Source of the DNA: an uncultured Candidatus Actinomarina sp. | GTDB taxonomy: Bacteria > Actinomycetota > Acidimicrobiia > Actinomarinales > Actinomarinaceae | Reading direction: 5' to 3' | Length of the DNA stretch: 64,000 bases | Assembly: GCA_902609285.1 (NCBI GenBank) | Contig: CACLRL010000002.1 | Location: 15,421-79,420, forward strand | Part shown: positions 46,842-56,066 of the stretch, piece after piece | Position numbering within the stretch: position 1 is the stretch's first letter | How the letters are laid out: each line of letters opens with the position of its first letter | Made by a program: the position numbers and the translations under genes | The notes under the pieces: generated by a model | Told to the model about the DNA's origin: nothing | Seen by the model: only the letters and a program-made list of their open reading frames with translations | Databases searched by the model: none

Positions 46842-49358
46842 TTATCTGGTTAATACTTCTTTATTTTTTTCCCAGAACTCATTCATTATATTTAGGCCAT
46901 ACTCAGTTATGTGGGGAGATAAATCTGAATAATACAATCTATTAGTGCTTATATCAACAATCGAGCATTGCTCTTCATTACAAAAATATTCATGAGGATC
47001 AACAAAATAAATATTATCACCCAAATAGTCATCAAATATATTTGTAAGCACCTCTCTGTCTTCTAGGGATACATCTTTATCAACAGTACAAATCTCAAAA
47101 TTTCCTTTTAATATAATGTCGTTGATATAGTTAACATTACCCTCACAAGTTTTAGGTATGTCACCAATAAGTATTATTTTCGAGTTTTTTGATGAAATCG
47201 TTTTTATTAAAACATCAAATTTTTCTTCAAAATTTTCAAGTTTTACCTTATTGTCTTTACGAGGTAAATCACCATCTAATTTAAACCAATCTCTTGAGAA
47301 AGAAATAAGAACTATATCATCAATAGTTAAGTTTTCATTATAAAAATTAAGGTGTTTTTGATAACTATTAGCAATACAATTTTGACCAACCCCACAACCC
47401 TCAATACCTTGCATCTCTCTAATAAATCCCCAATCTACTAAATGACTAAAATTATATTCTGGCTTGGAATTATAAATTTTTGAAAGACTAAAATAATGAT
47501 TCGTTGAATGACTATCGCCAATTAAATAAACATTTTTTTTCTCAGGACTGTGGGTCATACAATTACCAAAAGGGTCTATAGTTTCTTCTGGGTGATAACA
47601 CTCTATCTGGTTAATTATATTTTTATAATCATTTTCTTCAAAAATCACAGGATTTTTACCGGACAATATATTGTTTCTTTCTGTATTTTGAATAACTACA
47701 AAAATTGAAACAAATAAAATTGAAGTCGTAGCAAGTATTGAACCAATTACTTTACTTTTATTTTCTGGCAAAACTTTTCTAAATGGTTGCTCTACATATT
47801 TAAATGAAAAATAAGACAACAAAATTATTAGTAATGTTTGAGCTTCAATATTTAAAAAAGAAACATTCGACCATTTAGTAAGTGTTATTACTGGCCAATG
47901 CCATAAATAAATCGAATAGGATAGTGTCCCTACGAGTGCCAGTTGTTTGTTGTTTAAGAGTTTTGAACTTTTAACTTTATACCCTGAAAGATAAATTATA
48001 AAAGCTCCGATAATTGTACTTATTAGCGTTAAGTTTCTTGAGTACTCTGTATTCACAACAAAAGTTGCCAGTAAAAGAAAAATACTTAAATTTAATGGAA
48101 TTTTGTTTAAAATTTTAGACAGTTCGTCTTTATAAATTGAAAGTAAGCATCCTATTCCTAATTGCCAGAATCTAAAATGTATCAAATAGTAAGTTGCGTT
48201 AGGATCACGGTTTTGATAAATATAAAACAAAATAAACGAAGTTAAAACCAATGTGGTGAATAAGTGTTTACTGTATTTTTTATTTTTAATCAAATACAAC
48301 AAAATAGGAAAAATTAAATAAAATTGCTCTTCAATACCTAAAGACCATGTATGTGTAAATGCATTCAACGAAGATTCGGTTGAAAAATAATCAAGGGAGG
48401 AAAGATACAAATAAATATTTGAAATGGCAATTGATGAAAAAAGACCCACTCTCAAAGTACTTTTATAATAAAAATCTAAAAAATAAACAAATATAGAGGT
48501 TGATGCAATAAAGAATAAAAGTACTGGAATTATTCTTCTTAATCTAAAGAAAATAAAATCTGAGAAAAAGCTTCGCATATTTTTATATTCCATAGAAAAA
48601 TACTTATTAGTAATTACGAAACCGGAGATTATAAAAAATAAATCTACTCCAAGATATCCACTGTTGAAGTATTTAAAGTCAAAATGATTTAAAATTACTG
48701 CAACTACAGCGATACCTCGCAAACTATCAATGGAAATATTATGCTTTACGTTTATAAGTTTTAGATATTTAGATTCCTCCAAATTAAGAAATATAAAAAA
48801 AAGATTGTAAAATAAACTTTCGATAAAAAATTTAGTTGCATCAAAATCAAGTGAAAAGAAATAATTAAGAACAAATATAAAGTATGTGATAAATATAAAG
48901 ACATATGTATTTGTAAAATTGTTTTTAAAATTTACTATTTTTGTTGTAAAGAAAATAAGAAATAGTAAAAATATTTTAAAAAAGTTTAATAGCTTTTCAC
49001 CTGTGAATGTAAATAAATTTACTTTGATATAAGATGTGTCGTCTATTTGTTCAAAAAAAGTTACTTCATAATTTATAACTTTTCCCAAGCAGAGAATATT
49101 TTTAATATCAGGAAATATTGATACAGAAGTATTCTTATTTTGTATTTCTAGGAGAACATAGTTTTCTTGAAGGAATTTTTCTTCAAAATTAGAACTTCTG
49201 AATTTACATAATGATTGATCAATTGTATCTAAAGAATAACTATCTATTGGTTGGAATATTTGAAAAAGTAACGATAATAATATAAAAGATATAACTATAA
49301 GAATCGTAATCGAAAAGTTTCCCCTCAAATTCAAGCTTTTGTTTATAAAATTTTTCAT
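46842..49358 (-). CDS. Acyltransferase-3 (OafA/YrhL-type) with C-terminal SGNH domain and extra N-terminal Cys-pair module
   Basis: IDSLRGIAVVAVILNHF and GVDLFFIISGFVIT (AT3). LIGDSHSTNHY (SGNH block I). About 200-aa N-terminal extension containing C-x38-CLGKV. Confidence 0.8.
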   Translation of the reverse strand: MKNFINKSLNLRGNFSITILIVISFILLSLLFQIFQPIDSYSLDTIDQSLCKFRSSNFEEKFLQENYVLLEIQNKNTSVSIFPDIKNILCLGKVINYEVTFFEQIDDTSYIKVNLFTFTGEKLLNFFKIFLLFLIFFTTKIVNFKNNFTNTYVFIFITYFIFVLNYFFSLDFDATKFFIESLFYNLFFIFLNLEESKYLKLINVKHNISIDSLRGIAVVAVILNHFDFKYFNSGYLGVDLFFIISGFVITNKYFSMEYKNMRSFFSDFIFFRLRRIIPVLLFFIASTSIFVYFLDFYYKSTLRVGLFSSIAISNIYLYLSSLDYFSTESSLNAFTHTWSLGIEEQFYLIFPILLYLIKNKKYSKHLFTTLVLTSFILFYIYQNRDPNATYYLIHFRFWQLGIGCLLSIYKDELSKILNKIPLNLSIFLLLATFVVNTEYSRNLTLISTIIGAFIIYLSGYKVKSSKLLNNKQLALVGTLSYSIYLWHWPVITLTKWSNVSFLNIEAQTLLIILLSYFSFKYVEQPFRKVLPENKSKVIGSILATTSILFVSIFVVIQNTERNNILSGKNPVIFEENDYKNIINQIECYHPEETIDPFGNCMTHSPEKKNVYLIGDSHSTNHYFSLSKIYNSKPEYNFSHLVDWGFIREMQGIEGCGVGQNCIANSYQKHLNFYNENLTIDDIVLISFSRDWFKLDGDLPRKDNKVKLENFEEKFDVLIKTISSKNSKIILIGDIPKTCEGNVNYINDIILKGNFEICTVDKDVSLEDREVLTNIFDDYLGDNIYFVDPHEYFCNEEQCSIVDISTNRLYYSDLSPHITEYGLNIMNEFWEKNKEVLTR

Positions 49359-49420
49359 TTTACTTATTATTAATTAAAACATATTTACTGATTGATTTTT
49401 AAACTAATTAGGAATACTCT

Positions 49421-50293
49421 CTAACTGTACTTTTTTATTGCTCTGTTATTCAAATATTTTTTAGCTTTGCCTTGAAAATGGATGTTTGCAATATCAATAT
49501 TTTTCATATTCAATTCATCAAAAATTTGAAATTTATTCAAATCTTTATTATTAAGAATCTTAATCATTCCTCTAAAATTTTCCTTATATTGTTTTGAAGA
49601 CTCGTAACCTTCGGGATCATTGAGATCATTCATAAATACAATTTCATCTCCCACATTATTTTTAATTGGAAGCATTAAGTTTTTAACATTAATTAAATCT
49701 AAATTATTAAGTAAATAGAAGAGAGTCATATCACAAATTCCGCCACCTCCGTTTTCTTCATGGAATAAAATTTTTTTCTCTATCAATTCAAATTTAGATT
49801 TATTCAAAAACAAATCTTCATAAAGTTGTATAAACTCAGAGAAAAAATTTCTACTTAGTAAAGATGAATGGATGCTTGCAGTCATATGTTGAGGATTATC
49901 AAAATTATTACTAATTAAATATCCATTTTCTTCATCAATTAAAAGATCATTTACATTTGAAAGTAAAATATTGTCACTATCAATATGAAAGATTTTATCT
50001 AAGTTATAGTCTTCCATAAACAAGCCAGTAATAAAAACTCTTAAGTACCAAAGCCAAACAAATTCTTCCTGAGTTGTGTTGTAAGGTTTAAAATATTTTT
50101 TAAATTCTTCTATCGTATAATGATTTAGATATTTCGTATAATCAACAAACTCAACATTATTCATACTTGACAAAGAACTGACACTTGAATCACCAACTAT
50201 TACAATTTCGTTATTTTTTGATGTAATTTCACAATTATTTTTTAAATATTCTTGATAATTAGTATGAAATATAACTACTTTTGTACCTGTCAT
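49421..50293 (-). CDS. Hypothetical protein, possible DxD glycosyltransferase
   Basis: 290-aa soluble ORF. FHIDSDNILL DxD-like motif. No firm family assignment. Confidence 0.4.
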   Translation of the reverse strand: MTGTKVVIFHTNYQEYLKNNCEITSKNNEIVIVGDSSVSSLSSMNNVEFVDYTKYLNHYTIEEFKKYFKPYNTTQEEFVWLWYLRVFITGLFMEDYNLDKIFHIDSDNILLSNVNDLLIDEENGYLISNNFDNPQHMTASIHSSLLSRNFFSEFIQLYEDLFLNKSKFELIEKKILFHEENGGGGICDMTLFYLLNNLDLINVKNLMLPIKNNVGDEIVFMNDLNDPEGYESSKQYKENFRGMIKILNNKDLNKFQIFDELNMKNIDIANIHFQGKAKKYLNNRAIKKYS

Positions 50294-50387
50294 CTATTTA
50301 ATGTTAATTTAAAAATGAACGTAATATTCGATTTAAATTTTTGATGTAAAAAAAATGATTTTAAATTAATTAAAAATCGAGGTTATA

Positions 50388-51443
50388 TTGAGATTATCAA
50401 TGAATAATTTCGAAAACAGGGATAATAAATTAATCAACAGCTACGAGTTTGCTAGAAATGCAGACATTGTTTTTTCGGAAGTAGTTTCTAACAATGAATT
50501 CAGTAAATTAAATTTAAAAAATTTTACTATAGTTTTTAAGCAAAATTCAACAATTCTTTATAAAACAAAAAACTTTACCCTTAGAGAAAACACAGTAATT
50601 TTTACAAGTATTGTTTTGATTGAAGAACTATTTAAACTACTTTATCAAATTAAAGATTTTAGAAATATAAAAATAATTTGTGCCCAAGGAGATGACGAAT
50701 TCTCCAATATACTTTTAGAAAAAAAGCCGAATTGTGTATCAAAAATCTATAGTACTAACGTTTCTGCAAAAAATGAAAAACTGATACCAATACCAATTGG
50801 TTTATCAAATAACTATTCACCAAAAAATTTGCTAAGCAAAGATTTTAATAAATTAAATATTGCAGATTATTTCAAATCTAAAGAAAACTTTTTATATGTT
50901 AATTTTCAAGAAAATACAAATAGTTCTAAGCGTGAAAATATATATAGTTTCTTTGAGACTAAAGAATGGGCAAAAGTTGAACATCCAAATTTAGAATTAA
51001 ATGATTACAAAAAAAATCTAGAGAATTCATCATTTGTTCTTTGCCCATGGGGGAATGGTTTTGATACCCATAGAGTATGGGAAAGCTTATATTCTGGATC
51101 TATTCCAATAATTGAAAATCACTTGGCTTATCAATATCTTGAAAGTCTTCCTGTCATCTTTATAGATAATCTTGTTAATTTAAACGAAGAATATCTAAAT
51201 GACTCAATAAAAAGCCTATCTGAAAGTGACTTCAATTTTGAAAAACTTTATATGAATTATTGGATAAATAAAATAAGACAAGAGGAAGTTTTAGGAGAAA
51301 TAGGATACACAGTAAAACAAAGTCCTTTTTCAAATTATCTATTTATATTTCGATTTAAATTGAAACAAAAATTATTGAGTATTGATAAAAAAATTAACTT
51401 TAGATTTAAACAAATTAAAAATTTTTTTTCAAAACAAAATTAA
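50388..51443 (+). CDS. Exostosin-like (GT47-like) glycosyltransferase
   Basis: SSFVLCPWGNGFDTHRVWESLYSGSIPII matches the exostosin C-terminal signature. The start may be the ATG at 50400. Confidence 0.55.
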   Translation: MRLSMNNFENRDNKLINSYEFARNADIVFSEVVSNNEFSKLNLKNFTIVFKQNSTILYKTKNFTLRENTVIFTSIVLIEELFKLLYQIKDFRNIKIICAQGDDEFSNILLEKKPNCVSKIYSTNVSAKNEKLIPIPIGLSNNYSPKNLLSKDFNKLNIADYFKSKENFLYVNFQENTNSSKRENIYSFFETKEWAKVEHPNLELNDYKKNLENSSFVLCPWGNGFDTHRVWESLYSGSIPIIENHLAYQYLESLPVIFIDNLVNLNEEYLNDSIKSLSESDFNFEKLYMNYWINKIRQEEVLGEIGYTVKQSPFSNYLFIFRFKLKQKLLSIDKKINFRFKQIKNFFSKQN

Positions 51444-51499
51444 GTAATTTATAAAGTTGAAGGTTGAATCTTTCTAAAGACCTTAAAATATAACTTTAT

Positions 51500-52855
51500 A
51501 TGATTAAAGATGAAAAAATTAATTTTTATATATCTCTTTTACTAATTGTTCTAATTTTTGTTATATTCGTTTTTAACTTTCTTAATTATGATCCTATATA
51601 TGGCTATGATGCTGAAGCACACTATGAGTATGTAGAGGGCTTCTTTGCACTACTAATACCAAATTTATCAGACCAGGCAAGTGATGAAATTACTAGTGAA
51701 TTTTTTAGTCCTCCTTTGCCCTATGCTGTACCTGCAATATTTAGTTTTATATGTAAGAATATGATTGATGTAGCTGATGAGGCTAAATACTGTCAAAAAT
51801 ACTATGGAAAAATTATTCAGCTGATAAATGCATCGTTATATTTTCTTACTTTATTTTTTTATTTATTGACTTTTAAATTTATTACTAAAAAGAAACTTAT
51901 CAATTTAAACGTCTTATTGCCAATATCTATATTGGCTGTGAACTATAGAACTTTCTCAATGCTGAGGGGTGAACCGTATATTATTTTTATAAATAGTATT
52001 CTATTATTTCTGTTGTCAAAACATCTCGATAAAAACTTTAAACTTGAAAAGAGAGATTATCTTATATTTGGAATATTACTTGGTTTAATGGGCTTAAGTA
52101 GACAATGGGCATTTCTATTATTTCCAGCTTATGCCTATTTTCTTTTTTTTAAAAATAGTAAAGATATAAGAAAAAAAGTTTTTAAATTTTTAGTTTATTC
52201 TTTTTCAATAGCATTTATTGTATGTTCTTGGTTTTATTTTAAATTGTTCTTTGAGTTTGGAACCTTTACTGCATTTAATATGACCCCAACTAATTTCAGT
52301 CTATATAATCAACCAATTGATTTTTACTTAATAAATAGTGATGAAATCCTGTATCTTTTCACAAAACCCATAAGGCCATATTTGAATAGTTTTTTTGGAA
52401 TCATTTATTCTGATGTATGGGGTGATTATTGGGGATACTTTGTGTTTACAAGTAAATATTTAGATATTGGAAGAAATCAACTTGCAATTGGGGATTATTT
52501 GGCAAGAGTGAATTTAATTTCAATCATTCCAACTATATTTATTTTTATTGGATTATTAAAAAGTAAACTTGCTTTACAAAAAAATAATCTTGAGAAGTTT
52601 CAGCCTTTTCTAAATTTTATAAAACTTTCAGCATTATTCACTATATTTGGATACTTTTGGTTTTTGATCAAATTTCCTGTGAGTGATGCAATTAAAGCTA
52701 CATATTTGATTCAATTTTTTCACTTAATAACTATTCCATTAATTTTTTATTTAAACTACTTACAAAAAACAAAAAAGAAAATGTATGGTTTTTTTATTAC
52801 AACATTGATGCTGGTGTTTGTTCATAATTTTTCAGCTTATCTAAGTCATTTTTAA
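51500..52855 (+). CDS. GT-C-type membrane glycosyltransferase (ArnT/PMT-like)
   Basis: 451 aa and polytopic. YDAEAHYEY acidic motif in the loop after TM1. Confidence 0.55.
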   Translation: MIKDEKINFYISLLLIVLIFVIFVFNFLNYDPIYGYDAEAHYEYVEGFFALLIPNLSDQASDEITSEFFSPPLPYAVPAIFSFICKNMIDVADEAKYCQKYYGKIIQLINASLYFLTLFFYLLTFKFITKKKLINLNVLLPISILAVNYRTFSMLRGEPYIIFINSILLFLLSKHLDKNFKLEKRDYLIFGILLGLMGLSRQWAFLLFPAYAYFLFFKNSKDIRKKVFKFLVYSFSIAFIVCSWFYFKLFFEFGTFTAFNMTPTNFSLYNQPIDFYLINSDEILYLFTKPIRPYLNSFFGIIYSDVWGDYWGYFVFTSKYLDIGRNQLAIGDYLARVNLISIIPTIFIFIGLLKSKLALQKNNLEKFQPFLNFIKLSALFTIFGYFWFLIKFPVSDAIKATYLIQFFHLITIPLIFYLNYLQKTKKKMYGFFITTLMLVFVHNFSAYLSHF

Positions 52856-52876
52856 TTATAATTTTTTTCAAAAAAG

Positions 52877-53470
52877 TTAATCCACAGTCTTCCATAAATG
52901 GAGTGACGCGATTGTTCTGAAAGGTAACCACTTTTCAGCATATATATCATATAATTCCCAATCCACTCCATCTTTAACCATTCCTGCCTTGTTCATTGCA
53001 AGTCGTAAACCTGCGTCTCTACTTGAAAATATATTTTGCTTTCCTAAGCAAAATATTTCAAACATATTTACTGACCATGGACCAATCCCAAAGACTGACA
53101 AGAGCTTATAATTTAATTCATCATTATTCATTTTGCTTAAATCAATAAAGTCTTTCTTCAAGTAACGTTCTGATAGCTCTTTGATGGTCTTTGCTTTATT
53201 TTTGCTTAGACCAAGATCTTTAATATCGTCAATGTTCAATTTTTTAAAATGTTTTTCATTTAAATATTTAGTGTTGAAATTTTGTTTAATATTTTGAAAT
53301 ATAGAATTTGCTGCTTTAGTAGAGATAAACTGTGAGATTACAATTCCAGCAAGACTATCGAATTGGTTTTTTTTACTTGATTTAAAAATTATATGTCCAT
53401 TACTATCAATAATTTTTTTTAATTTTTTGTCTGCACTTCTTAAGTACTCTTCTTGTTTTGAAAATTTCAT
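52877..53470 (-). CDS. HhH-GPD DNA glycosylase (AlkA-like 3-methyladenine DNA glycosylase II)
   Basis: GIGPWSVNMFEIFCLG helix-hairpin-helix followed by SSRDAGLRLAM. Confidence 0.75.
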   Translation of the reverse strand: MKFSKQEEYLRSADKKLKKIIDSNGHIIFKSSKKNQFDSLAGIVISQFISTKAANSIFQNIKQNFNTKYLNEKHFKKLNIDDIKDLGLSKNKAKTIKELSERYLKKDFIDLSKMNNDELNYKLLSVFGIGPWSVNMFEIFCLGKQNIFSSRDAGLRLAMNKAGMVKDGVDWELYDIYAEKWLPFRTIASLHLWKTVD

Positions 53471-53584
53471 AAATTTATTACAATATTATTTTTTCACTTT
53501 AATAATATCTCCTTTTTGTTCTAGAGACTTAATTTAGTCTGATAATATGGTTCGAATTCATAGTTATAATCGTTTAGAGGTTAA

Positions 53585-54997
53585 ATGAACGAAAATAAAT
53601 TAAAAGTTTTACTAAAAAAAAATATGCTTTTTATATTTTCACTTCCTATAGTTTTGAATGCTGTTTTCAACCTTATTCAAAATATTGATTCTGAATTCTT
53701 TGATCAAATAAGCTATGCAAAAGTTTGTTCTTTTATATTTGGTTCAATATTTTTTATATATTTATCGGATATATTAAACAATCTATTTAATATTGGTGGA
53801 AGATCACTCGCGTTAGTTTTATTTTTAACAAGCTTCTTCACATTTGATGCAATATTTTTATTTATAGGAAAAACATTTAGCTTTCAATCTGTAGTAATTT
53901 TTATATCATTTGTTTGGATGGTCTTAGTTTTCTTAAAAACAAAAAGTTTTTCGTATATTTTAAAAATTTTCTCCATATTTTTATTTTATAGAATATTTAA
54001 TAACGTATTTCTTACTGATATTTTAGATAATTCTACCTATCAAGAACTTAATACTGATGTTCCTGTGCAGTGGTTTGATATTGCAAGGATGATTTATGAA
54101 AATAACTATTACTTTGCTCTACAAAATAATTTAATTGAAGGACAAGGATTGCTCCCTAGCTATATCCAAGCCCTATTGGTTGAAATTGGATTTAGTGTTG
54201 AGATTTTTCAGTTTGTTCAGGTAAATTCCTATTTATTTTTAACTTTTAGCCTGTTACTGGTGGCAGATTTAAAAATAACAAATAAAAATAAGTTGATTTT
54301 GTCTCTTCTTTTTATGTCTTTAATTCTGAATAATAACTGGCTCGAATATTTATTAATTAATTCCTTGATGCTTGAGGGAATTGTGAGCTTTTTAATATGT
54401 GTATATTTAATTAATTATGAGCGAATGTTAAAAAAATCTGAGTCTGTCTCACTAATATTTTTTATTACTTTTGGTGGTATGGCTCTTACAAAAAATTTCG
54501 TCTCACTAATTTGTATATCCTTGATTGTCTTTAGTATTTTTCTAATAAGAAAAAATATTTATGTTATTGGTAGTTTTCTGATTTATGTTTTAAACCTTCT
54601 TTATCAAAAGATTTATTTTACGGAAGTACAAAATTTTGCGTACACTAGTGAAATTGATTTCAGAGATCTTATACTTGATTTCATCAATTTAAGGGATTTG
54701 GATTTTACAAATATAGTAAATATCATTAATCAGTTTTATATTGATAAACCTACTAGCTATCTAGTTGTTGGGTTTTTAATATTTAATTTCATCAATCTGT
54801 ATAAATATGGAACAAATTTGAGGACAGAAAATTTGATGTTTTTCTTTGTTGTCTTGAATTACATTTTAGTAAATTTACTATATGTATCTTACTGGAGAAA
54901 TGTAGAATACGAATCTTCATATAGATATATCATTAATTGTTTTCATTTAATTTTTATATCTTTAAGTATTCAGCTTTCAAAACTTGAAAAAGTTTAA
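53585..54997 (+). CDS. Polytopic membrane protein (470 aa), putative GT-C partner of the convergent GT2
   Basis: More than 10 hydrophobic segments. FFDQISYAK motif after TM1. The 3' end overlaps the GT2 gene by 21 nt. Confidence 0.45.
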   Translation: MNENKLKVLLKKNMLFIFSLPIVLNAVFNLIQNIDSEFFDQISYAKVCSFIFGSIFFIYLSDILNNLFNIGGRSLALVLFLTSFFTFDAIFLFIGKTFSFQSVVIFISFVWMVLVFLKTKSFSYILKIFSIFLFYRIFNNVFLTDILDNSTYQELNTDVPVQWFDIARMIYENNYYFALQNNLIEGQGLLPSYIQALLVEIGFSVEIFQFVQVNSYLFLTFSLLLVADLKITNKNKLILSLLFMSLILNNNWLEYLLINSLMLEGIVSFLICVYLINYERMLKKSESVSLIFFITFGGMALTKNFVSLICISLIVFSIFLIRKNIYVIGSFLIYVLNLLYQKIYFTEVQNFAYTSEIDFRDLILDFINLRDLDFTNIVNIINQFYIDKPTSYLVVGFLIFNFINLYKYGTNLRTENLMFFFVVLNYILVNLLYVSYWRNVEYESSYRYIINCFHLIFISLSIQLSKLEKV

Positions 54998-55699
54998 TAG
55001 TTTAGAATATTTTATAATTTTAAAAAATATTAAAATTCCATCTTTGATGTTTATTTTTTTACCGTCGCTATATAGTCTTCCATCATAATTTATTGGCACT
55101 TCGATAATGTTTAAATTTTTTTGAAGAACTTTTGATAATACTTCTACTTCGATTGCAAATCCTTTTTCTTTTATATCTAAACTTTTCAATACATCTGTCT
55201 CAATCAACCAATAGCAGCTTGCAATATCAGAAACTTTGTAAAAATTTATTATCGAAAAAAAATATGTAAGATATTTGTTGCCATAGTAAGTAACTTTGTA
55301 TTGATTATTTCTTTTTTTGGTACCAATTGTTCTAGAACCTAAAATTAAAGTTCCTTGATTTTCTTTTGATACATTAAACATTTCTGGAATATCCGATGGA
55401 AAATACTCTAAATCAGCATCATGAACAATCAAGTGTGAGGTTTTTACACATTCAAGACCAGCTTTAATTGCATTACCTTTTCCTTCTTGTTTTTTTAAGT
55501 TAATTAGTCTTAAAAAATTATATTTTGAACATAACATATTTGCGATTTCCATGCTTTTATCTGTTGACTTATCGTTAATTAAAATTATTTCTTCAAACAA
55601 ATTAGTTTCTATGAGTCTTAAAACTGATTTTTCTAAATATCTTTCCTCATTAAGAAAAGGAACAATTGCGGAAATTTTTTTACTTGGAAATTTATTCAC
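54977..55699 (-). CDS. GT2 glycosyltransferase, polyprenol-phosphate sugar synthase type (paralog of 4301..4996)
   Basis: ISAIVPFLNEERYL, VHDADLEYFP and GSRTIGTKKRN...YKVSDIASCYWL are collinear with the 4301..4996 product. Confidence 0.75.
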   Translation of the reverse strand: MNKFPSKKISAIVPFLNEERYLEKSVLRLIETNLFEEIILINDKSTDKSMEIANMLCSKYNFLRLINLKKQEGKGNAIKAGLECVKTSHLIVHDADLEYFPSDIPEMFNVSKENQGTLILGSRTIGTKKRNNQYKVTYYGNKYLTYFFSIINFYKVSDIASCYWLIETDVLKSLDIKEKGFAIEVEVLSKVLQKNLNIIEVPINYDGRLYSDGKKINIKDGILIFFKIIKYSKLLNFFKF

Positions 55700-55777
55700 T
55701 ACTAGCCATTTTATTTAAATTTCGATCTTCGTTCAAGATAAACAAATTTTTAGATTTTTTGTTTGATAAAAATTTTA

Positions 55778-55999
55778 TTATTTTTCAAAAGGATGTTTTA
55801 TATTTAGAATTTTAAAAACTCGAAATATTATAAATATAATAATTCCGAAAATAGCCCAAGCAAAAATTGTAGTACCTAGGCCAATACCTGCAGCGTTAGC
55901 ACCCCCCAGGCCGGCCCCCAAAGATCCTGCACTCCAACTTATCGTTCTATATAGTTCAATTTTTTGTTTTTTATCTAATCTGTCAAACCATTTACGCAT
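55778..55999 (-). CDS. Small membrane protein with glycine-zipper-like segment (73 aa)
   Basis: GSLGAGLGGANAAGIGLGT followed by the TM IFAWAIFGIIIFIIF. Confidence 0.45.
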   Translation of the reverse strand: MRKWFDRLDKKQKIELYRTISWSAGSLGAGLGGANAAGIGLGTTIFAWAIFGIIIFIIFRVFKILNIKHPFEK

Positions 56000-56066
56000 A
56001 AAATCCCTAGTTATCTTTCAAATATTTTAACCTAATGATAATTAAATTTTCTATAAACTTTTATCA

